Shown here piece after piece: positions 57,773 to 64,000 of a DNA stretch of 64,000 nucleotides. The first letter of the stretch is position 1; each line of letters starts with the position of its first letter. Source of the stretch: Limisphaerales bacterium (lineage in GTDB: Bacteria; Verrucomicrobiota; Verrucomicrobiia; Limisphaerales; JBGAJN01); assembly GCA_044224905.1 (NCBI GenBank), contig JBGAJN010000001.1, positions 1,159,027 to 1,223,026 of the forward strand, in the 5' to 3' direction. A model generated the notes under the pieces. That model was given only the letters and a program-made list of their open reading frames with translations. It had not been told where the DNA came from and did not search any database. Both the position numbers and the translations under genes were made by a program.

Positions 57773-58666
57773 GTGGAACTTCGTCACCTCCGCTATTTTG
57801 TCGCTGTCGCCGAAGGGCTGAACTTCCGGCGCGCAGCAGAAAGACTCCGGATCGCTCAACCAGCCCTGAGCGCGCAGATCAAGTCGCTCGAAGACGACCT
57901 CGGCGTGCGTCTTTTCGAGCGAACCACCCGCTCGGTCAAACTCACGCAATCCGGCGTCATGCTTCTCGAAGAAGCCCGTGCGGTCCTCGCCGCTGCCAGT
58001 CAAGCCGAGCGGCGGGCGAAGGAAGCACAACAAGGTCTGGTGGGCACGCTGCGCCTCGGGGTCATTGCTCCGGCGGCGAACTCCTGGCTTGCCGGAATTC
58101 TACGCCAATTTCGCCAGCGCTTTCCGGGAGTGCAGCTTTCGCTGTTTGATCTCACGAGTCCGGAACAGTTCGAACAACTCCGCGCCGGTGAGCTCGATGC
58201 CGGTTTGCTGCGTCCACCGGTGGGTTTTCTGGAGCTCGACTACCAGTTCGTCGAGGAGTCGGCGCAAATTCTAGCGCTCGCCGCCGATCATCGACTCGCA
58301 AAGAAACGGAAGCTCGAATGGAGTGACTTTCACGATGAGCAACTCGTGCTCGTTCATCCGAGCATGCAGCATGGCTACTATGACGCCTTCCTCGCCGCGT
58401 GCGCCAAGGCCGGCGCGAAGCCGCGCGTGGCGCAGTACGCGAACGACATTCAAACCAAGATGTGGTTGATTTCCGCTGGCTTCGGCATCGCGCCGACCAC
58501 CGAGACGCTGGCGCAGATTCAACGACCGGGACTTCTGTTTCGCTCCTTACCGCCGGGATTGCCGCTCGTGCAGACCGCGCTGGCCTGGCGGCGCAATGAT
58601 GATTCCCCCGTGCTCCGACATTTCCGTGCGTGCTTTCCGGCACCCAGCGTGAAGCTCGAAGGGTGA
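57773..58666 (+). CDS. LysR-family transcriptional regulator
   Basis: 297 aa with a GTG start. The (M)ELRHLRYFVAVAE helix-turn-helix N-terminus is present. Confidence 0.9.
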   Translation: MELRHLRYFVAVAEGLNFRRAAERLRIAQPALSAQIKSLEDDLGVRLFERTTRSVKLTQSGVMLLEEARAVLAAASQAERRAKEAQQGLVGTLRLGVIAPAANSWLAGILRQFRQRFPGVQLSLFDLTSPEQFEQLRAGELDAGLLRPPVGFLELDYQFVEESAQILALAADHRLAKKRKLEWSDFHDEQLVLVHPSMQHGYYDAFLAACAKAGAKPRVAQYANDIQTKMWLISAGFGIAPTTETLAQIQRPGLLFRSLPPGLPLVQTALAWRRNDDSPVLRHFRACFPAPSVKLEG

Positions 58667-58678
58667 CGCGCCGAACTT

Positions 58679-60637
58679 CTACCGCGCGGGCTTTGCGGGA
58701 TCGAAATGCTCCAACTCTTCGCCGGAGCGCACCAGGCGACCGCTGTTGAAAACGACGATCAGTGACGCTGCCACTTGCAACACCGCGGCCGTCACCGGGT
58801 TGATGTATTTCAACGCAGCGAGCACAAAGCCACCGATGACGAAAAGGATTCCGAGCAGAAAGTTCTGATTGATCACCGCGCGCGTCTGCCGCGACAGCTT
58901 CACGAGGAAGGGCAGCCGACGAAGATCGTTGTTCATTAGCGCAATGGTCGCGCTGTGAATCGCCACTTCACTCCCGGCGGCGCCCATCGCGATGCCCATG
59001 TCACCCGCAGCGAGCGCCGGCGCATCGTTCACACCATCGCCGACGACGGCGACGCGATAGCCCTTCGCTTTCATCGCACGGACGAACTCGACTTTGTTTT
59101 GTGGCAAACATTCCGCGGCGACTTCCTCGCAGCCAATCTCCTTCGCGACGCGCATGGCGACGGGTTGCCTATCGCCAGTGACCATTGCGATGCGGCGGAC
59201 TTTATTCTGCAGTAAATCCGCCAGCGCCTCACGGGCTTCGGGACGAGTCTGATCCTGTAGGCCGACCCAGCCGATGCAATGACCGCCACGCGCGACGAAG
59301 ATCAGGCTGAAGCCCTCGGTCTCGTTGAGATCCACCGATTTCATGAAATCTTCTCGCACGCCGTTGTCGTTCAACCACTGCGCGCGGCCGATGATGATGT
59401 TCACTCCGTCCACGTCGGCCTTGATGCCGCGCCCGGCGGTCTCGGCAAAATTCTGCGGCTCGGCCAACGGCACGCCGGCTTCCTCGGCGAGTTGTGCGAG
59501 CGCCTTGGCGGTCGGATGGTTGCTGTACTTTTCAGCGGAGGCGGCGAAGCGGAGCAATTCGGCCGGAGCGGTTCCTTCGAGCGGCGCGAGGCGGCTGACG
59601 ACGAGCTTGCCCTCGGTGAGCGTGCCGGTTTTGTCGAACACGAAGGCGTTGATGCGGGCGGCAAGTTCGATGTCGCTGACGTTCTTAATGAGAATCCCGA
59701 GGCGCGCGGCGGCGGAAAGCGCGGCGACCATCGCGGTCGGCGTGGCCAGAATGAACGCTGTCGGACAAGCCACGATGAACACGGTGATCACGCGAGTCAG
59801 ATCGTGCGAGAACGCCCACACCAACGCGCCAATCGCGAGCACGAGCGGTGTGTAATAGCCCATGTATTGATCCACGATCCGCATGATCGGGAGCTTCGTC
59901 TTCTCCGCGGCAAGGATCAGCTCGCGCACTTTGCCGAGCGTCGTGTCCTGGCCCGCGCGCGTGACGCGAATCTCGAGCACGCCCGTGAGGCTTTGTGTGC
60001 CGGCGAACACTTCGTCGCCGGGCTTCTTGTCCACGGGGAGAGATTCACCGGTGATGTTCGCCTGATTGAATGAACCTTGCCCGCTGACGATCACGCCGTC
60101 GGCCGCGACGTTGTCACCAGGCCGTACGCGGATGACATCGTTCTCGCGTAGCTCGGACACGGCGACTTCATCTTCGCGACCACTGGCGAGTCGGCGTGCC
60201 TTGGTCGGCGTGAGTTTGATGAGCGATTCAACCGATGCGCGCGCGCCTTCCGCAGTGCGGGTCTCGATGATCTCGCCGAGCAACATGAAGAACGCCACGA
60301 CGCCCGCTTCCTGATAATGGCCCGACGCGAATGATGCGAGCACCGCGATGGCGACGAGTTCATTCGTGCGCAGCAGTCCGCGGCGCAAATCCGACAACGC
60401 GGTCCAGACAATGGGGTAACCGAGAATAACCGCGCCAATCATCGCGCTCAAATCGGCCGCGGCTCGGGCGTTGTCGAACACCCAACTGACCACGAACGAA
60501 TTCAAGACGAAGATCAAACCGGCGAGGGTTTGCTTCAGCCGGATCGGCGTGTGATCCGGAACCGGCGCGACCACGGCAGGTGATTCGTCGCGGATCGTGG
60601 CCGGGGGATTGGTGATGGTCGTGGCTGGCATATCCAT
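58679..60637 (-). CDS. P1B-type (heavy-metal) P-type ATPase with an atypical CPT transmembrane motif and no N-terminal metal-binding domain
   Basis: 652 aa with TGES, DKTGTLT, S-x-HP (SNHPTA) and GDGVNDAPAL. The TM6 motif reads ACPTAF (TGT CCG ACA on the minus strand at 59759-59767). Confidence 0.85.
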   Translation of the reverse strand: MDMPATTITNPPATIRDESPAVVAPVPDHTPIRLKQTLAGLIFVLNSFVVSWVFDNARAAADLSAMIGAVILGYPIVWTALSDLRRGLLRTNELVAIAVLASFASGHYQEAGVVAFFMLLGEIIETRTAEGARASVESLIKLTPTKARRLASGREDEVAVSELRENDVIRVRPGDNVAADGVIVSGQGSFNQANITGESLPVDKKPGDEVFAGTQSLTGVLEIRVTRAGQDTTLGKVRELILAAEKTKLPIMRIVDQYMGYYTPLVLAIGALVWAFSHDLTRVITVFIVACPTAFILATPTAMVAALSAAARLGILIKNVSDIELAARINAFVFDKTGTLTEGKLVVSRLAPLEGTAPAELLRFAASAEKYSNHPTAKALAQLAEEAGVPLAEPQNFAETAGRGIKADVDGVNIIIGRAQWLNDNGVREDFMKSVDLNETEGFSLIFVARGGHCIGWVGLQDQTRPEAREALADLLQNKVRRIAMVTGDRQPVAMRVAKEIGCEEVAAECLPQNKVEFVRAMKAKGYRVAVVGDGVNDAPALAAGDMGIAMGAAGSEVAIHSATIALMNNDLRRLPFLVKLSRQTRAVINQNFLLGILFVIGGFVLAALKYINPVTAAVLQVAASLIVVFNSGRLVRSGEELEHFDPAKPAR

Positions 60638-61785
60638 TACGGCTTTTGCTCGGTTGCGGCTGGCTTCTGCGGCTCACGATTCAATTGCAACCGCAACTCG
60701 CGCGGATGCCCGTCGGCGCGGGTCGGAATGAAAAACTTGTCCTGCGCGTTGGTGAGCACGCGCGTCATTGTCTCCGTCAGCAACCGCTGTTCGAACAGCG
60801 CGGGATCCTTGCGATACGACGGTAACTGATCCGTGAAATAACGTGCCTCGGCGGTGATGGATTGAACGAGTTGATTCGCGGCCGTCGAGCCGGCGTTGAC
60901 GATCGCGTTGGCTTCGCCGATGGCTTTGCGTGTCGTCTGTTCGGCGCCGCCACGGGCTTCGCTGATCTTCTTGCTGCGGTCCTGTTCTGCCGCGAGCACG
61001 GCATCGAACGCCGGACGAACCGCGAGCGGCGCGCTGACTTTGATCTCGCTCGGTTCAATGGTGATGCCGAGGCCGAGCGTTTCGATCTGATGATTCATCC
61101 GGTCAAGGACGGATTCCTTGAAGCGCGCGGTGTCGCGGTAGAGCGCCTGATCAGCAGTGAAGCGCGCCGATGCATAAACCAACGCGTGATCGAGCGCGTG
61201 TTGAACCGCATTCGTAAAGCGGGCGAAACCGAACTCGTAATTCAACGCGTCCGTTGCGCGGATGCGATACTTCAAGGTCGCGCGCACGTGGATGATATTA
61301 CCATCGCCCGTGAGCGTGTAGCCATCGATGCCGGGTTGCAGCGATTCGCGCGCAGGCGGTTCCTTGCCCGTGGCTTCGAGTTCCGGCGTGGTCGCGAACC
61401 AGCCCGTGGTGGAAATCGCCGTGTGACTCTGCCCGATGGGAATCTTCACCGGTTCATCAATCGGTTTCGGAAACGCCCAATGCCAGCCGGGTTTCAGCAA
61501 CTGCTCCGCTCCTGTGCCGACGGGTTTGCCGAACCGCAGGATGACAGCGACTTCGTTGGGCTCCACGATGAACATTCCCGTCGCGAAGAAAACCACGACG
61601 AGGACGAGCAGCAACCAGCGAACGATCTTGAACCCGCTGCCCAGCGCCTCGGCGAGCGCCTGCGCGCCGGCGTCCTCGATGGGCGCGACGTCGGCGACGG
61701 GCTTCGTTGGCAGTTGTTGAGTCGGATCGGGCATGGCTCTGAAATTGGGCTCAGCGTTTCGGGGCGGCTGGGGCTTCGGATCCAC
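60637..61785 (-). CDS. SPFH/band-7 domain protein (HflK-like)
   Basis: 382 aa; an alternative ATG at 61734 gives 365 aa. It has one TM followed by FIVEPNEVAVILRFGKP. Its stop shares one nucleotide with the ATPase start (TAATG). Confidence 0.75.
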   Translation of the reverse strand: MDPKPQPPRNAEPNFRAMPDPTQQLPTKPVADVAPIEDAGAQALAEALGSGFKIVRWLLLVLVVVFFATGMFIVEPNEVAVILRFGKPVGTGAEQLLKPGWHWAFPKPIDEPVKIPIGQSHTAISTTGWFATTPELEATGKEPPARESLQPGIDGYTLTGDGNIIHVRATLKYRIRATDALNYEFGFARFTNAVQHALDHALVYASARFTADQALYRDTARFKESVLDRMNHQIETLGLGITIEPSEIKVSAPLAVRPAFDAVLAAEQDRSKKISEARGGAEQTTRKAIGEANAIVNAGSTAANQLVQSITAEARYFTDQLPSYRKDPALFEQRLLTETMTRVLTNAQDKFFIPTRADGHPRELRLQLNREPQKPAATEQKP

Positions 61786-62662
61786 CGCCGCGCAGCAAAT
61801 TGAACGGCGGCGTTTGCTGGTCGAGAATCACCGTGCTGCGGTCCTTCATCGAGGCTTCGAGCGCTTTCAATTCGAGCAGGAAATTCGCGAGCTTCGGATT
61901 CTGCTCGAACACCGCGAGCGACTTCGCGGCCTCGGCATCAGCCTGTCCGCGAATGACCGTCGCCTCGGCTTCCGCTTTCGACAAAATCTCCTGCCGCGCG
62001 CGCTCGGCTTCGGCGCGGATGCGGATCGCTTCCGCTTCACCTTCACCGGTGAATTTCTTAACCAGCTGCTGCCGCTCCTCGCGCATGCGCTCAAAGACTT
62101 TCGCCGAGATGCTTTCGGGCAGACCGAGTTGTTTGATGCCGACGAATTTGATTTCGATCCCGTAGTTTTCGCGCGCCCGGGCGGCGAGGCCGGTTTCCAT
62201 TTCCTTCTCGATGGCGTCGAACTTCAGATCCTTTTCGTTCGTGGAAATGAAATCGGCGAAGACGTGCTGGGCAACGACGCCATTCTTCGTATCGCGCACC
62301 TGCGCTTCGAGCGTTTGCTCGGCGCGCGTGATATCGCCGCGGTCAAAACGTTCGAGGAAAACTTTCGGGTCCGCGATGCGCCAGCCGACGAACACGGTGA
62401 TGAGGAGGTTGCGGCCGTCCTTCGTCGCGGTTTGTTCAAAGCGGGATTCGAAGCTCTGGATGCGATTGTCGAACGTGTAAACGCGCTGAATCGGCCACGG
62501 CAGTTTCCAGTTAAGCCCCGGCTGATCGATCGTGCTCGAATGGCGGCCGAACGTTGTGACCACGGCGACTTCGTTCTGGCGTACCTGAAACGAGAACAGC
62601 AGCAATCCAAAGATGATCACCAGCACGAGGCCGGTGAGAAAGGTGATGCGGTTAGTTTTCAT
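61751..62662 (-). CDS. SPFH/band-7 domain protein (HflC-like)
   Basis: 303 aa with an N-terminal TM, VRQNEVAVVTTFG, and a C-terminal A/E/R-rich coiled coil. Confidence 0.8.
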   Translation of the reverse strand: MKTNRITFLTGLVLVIIFGLLLFSFQVRQNEVAVVTTFGRHSSTIDQPGLNWKLPWPIQRVYTFDNRIQSFESRFEQTATKDGRNLLITVFVGWRIADPKVFLERFDRGDITRAEQTLEAQVRDTKNGVVAQHVFADFISTNEKDLKFDAIEKEMETGLAARARENYGIEIKFVGIKQLGLPESISAKVFERMREERQQLVKKFTGEGEAEAIRIRAEAERARQEILSKAEAEATVIRGQADAEAAKSLAVFEQNPKLANFLLELKALEASMKDRSTVILDQQTPPFNLLRGGGSEAPAAPKR

Positions 62663-62673
62663 GGCGGCAAAAA

Positions 62674-64000
62674 TTATTTCTTCGTCGACGTCGGCACAGC
62701 GATGTCCAGCAAGTCCGTGCGAATCTTCTCTTCAAGATTGAGGTTGATCACGTCGGTGGTGTTCGTGACCCCGAGGACGATCTTGCGCACCGGTCCGAGT
62801 GCGCGCGAGACGGTGTCGAGATACTGCCGGCGCGTGAACACCGCCGGCGAGGCTTCGTAAGCGGCAATTTGATTGGTGAATTGACTCGCCTGCGCGGCGA
62901 CGCCGGTGATGCGGCTTGCGCGATAGGTCTGAGCTTCAGACAACTTCTTTTCCGCTTCCGCCCGCGCGAGCGGCAGCGTTTCGGCGCGGAATCCTTCGGC
63001 GTTCAAAATCCTCGATTCCTTTTCCTGCAACGAGCCGATGACAGCTTCGTAGGCGCCAGCGACGGCCACGGGCGGATGAATGTCTTCCAAGCCGACCAGC
63101 AAGATCTTCACGCCGAGTTGCAAACCGTTGGCGCGTGCCTGAATCTTTTCCTGCAAGTCCCGCGCCGCGCGCAGGCGGCCACCAGCGAGCACGTCATCGT
63201 AGTCCACGCTCACCATGTAGCGGACCACTTCGCGGCTGGAAATCATCGTGAGCAACTCGGGACCATTCTCGTGTCCGTACGCCCACTGCAGGAGGTTGGT
63301 GATTTGAAATTGAATCGGAATACTCGTGCTGAGGAGATTCACCGGCGCAGCTTGTTCGCCACTCGTGGCGTTGGTCGGACCGCCGCTCGTGCGGCTGGCG
63401 ACGAGGAGATTGAATTCTTCCTTCTCGTGACGGCGCGTCCAAAGGACCACTTTTTCCTCGGCCTCGTGTTTCTCGTCGTGAACGTAACCGACTTCCACCT
63501 GCTGCAGTTCGCTTGTGCGATATCGGCGGACGATCTCGACGGGCCACGGGAGCTTGAAGTGCAAGCCCGGCCCGAGCGTGGCCTGACCGACCGGCCGGCC
63601 GAAACGTTCGAGCAGACCTTCTTCGCCCGGCTCGATGATCACGAACGTGGTGAATAGCAACAGCGCGCCGAATTGCAGCAGCACGATCCACGCGAGCGCG
63701 CCCTCGAGGAAACGGTAGAACCACGTATCGGAAACTTTGAAACCAAACTGGTAATCGAGTGTGTGCGCGAGCGTTTTGAAAACGCCGCCGGGTTCAGTGA
63801 GCAAACCGATCAGGCGGCTTTCGTAGAGAAGTCGCGCGGCCTGGCCTTTCACGCGCGGGCGGTAAATTTCGAGGACGAGATTGATCAACGTTTCCGCGGC
63901 GCCGAGCGTGAGCAGCACGCAAAATGCGCGGGCCACCCAAAAATCCAGACGCTTGATTCCGAACCAAACTCCCGCGAGCGCGAGGGCAACGATCGAGCAC
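62674..64000 (-). CDS. SPFH/band-7 domain protein with an extended polytopic N-terminus (5' end outside the window)
   Basis: IIEPGEEGLLERFGRPVG marks the SPFH domain. My codon-by-codon reading shows the frame stays open and hydrophobic from 63937 to the window edge at 64000, so the gene is 5'-truncated here. Confidence 0.75.
   Translation of the reverse strand, partial: CSIVALALAGVWFGIKRLDFWVARAFCVLLTLGAAETLINLVLEIYRPRVKGQAARLLYESRLIGLLTEPGGVFKTLAHTLDYQFGFKVSDTWFYRFLEGALAWIVLLQFGALLLFTTFVIIEPGEEGLLERFGRPVGQATLGPGLHFKLPWPVEIVRRYRTSELQQVEVGYVHDEKHEAEEKVVLWTRRHEKEEFNLLVASRTSGGPTNATSGEQAAPVNLLSTSIPIQFQITNLLQWAYGHENGPELLTMISSREVVRYMVSVDYDDVLAGGRLRAARDLQEKIQARANGLQLGVKILLVGLEDIHPPVAVAGAYEAVIGSLQEKESRILNAEGFRAETLPLARAEAEKKLSEAQTYRASRITGVAAQASQFTNQIAAYEASPAVFTRRQYLDTVSRALGPVRKIVLGVTNTTDVINLNLEEKIRTDLLDIAVPTSTKK

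Noticed and set aside
57617-58033. 139-codon N-terminal extension of the RND permease ORF; the same issue applies at 32736-33071, 18254-18394, 18760-19254 and 11905-12270
   Set aside because: The extensions have no family similarity and run into neighbouring genes or promoters. The internal ATG or GTG starts reproduce the canonical N-termini and give typical stop/start overlaps.

Overview
High-GC, densely coding chromosomal segment of about 55 genes. No rRNA, tRNA, CRISPR array, transposase or integrase was recognised. The gene content suggests a PVC-superphylum organism, probably Verrucomicrobiota. That is an inference from three things: a PSCyt/DUF1549/DUF1553 + DUF1501 gene pair, a PEP-CTERM protein full of autotransporter-type beta-strand repeats, and a complete Bat operon. 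All calls come from motifs read by eye in the supplied ORF translations and DNA; no database search was run. Layout, left to right: (1) a small GxxExxY nuclease-like cassette flanked by short repeats, sitting against the 3' end of sufB, with a Fur-family regulator upstream of sufB; (2) the PSCyt/DUF1501 pair and the PEP-CTERM protein; (3) an 800-bp noncoding island; (4) a 15-kb glycan locus at 10.2-25.2 kb with glycosyltransferases, three methyltransferases, nucleotide-sugar enzymes, a full GDP-heptose pathway (gmhA/hddA/gmhB/hddC) and a transaldolase; (5) a metal/envelope cluster with a CusF-SCO fusion, an EF-hand-HupE, DUF4331, a TPR protein, a nitroreductase-like protein, and an ECF sigma with a ChrR-like cupin anti-sigma; (6) purS-purQ; (7) a 12-kb single-strand block with a histidine kinase carrying an ethylene-receptor-like N-terminal domain, a response regulator with a Cys4 C-terminus, the 8-gene MoxR/DUF58/VWA Bat operon and an aspartic protease; (8) purL, a PQQ-like propeller and a C-N hydrolase; (9) an RND efflux operon with a divergent LysR regulator; (10) an atypical P1B-type ATPase translationally coupled to three SPFH (HflK/C-like) genes. 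The leads I rate highest are the ethylene-binding-domain-like kinase next to the Bat operon, an identically spaced ECF-type promoter motif that links the sigma/anti-sigma pair to the TPR-DUF4331(-HupE) operon, the repeat-flanked GxxExxY cassette at the sufB stop codon, and the SPFH-trio/CPT-motif ATPase module.
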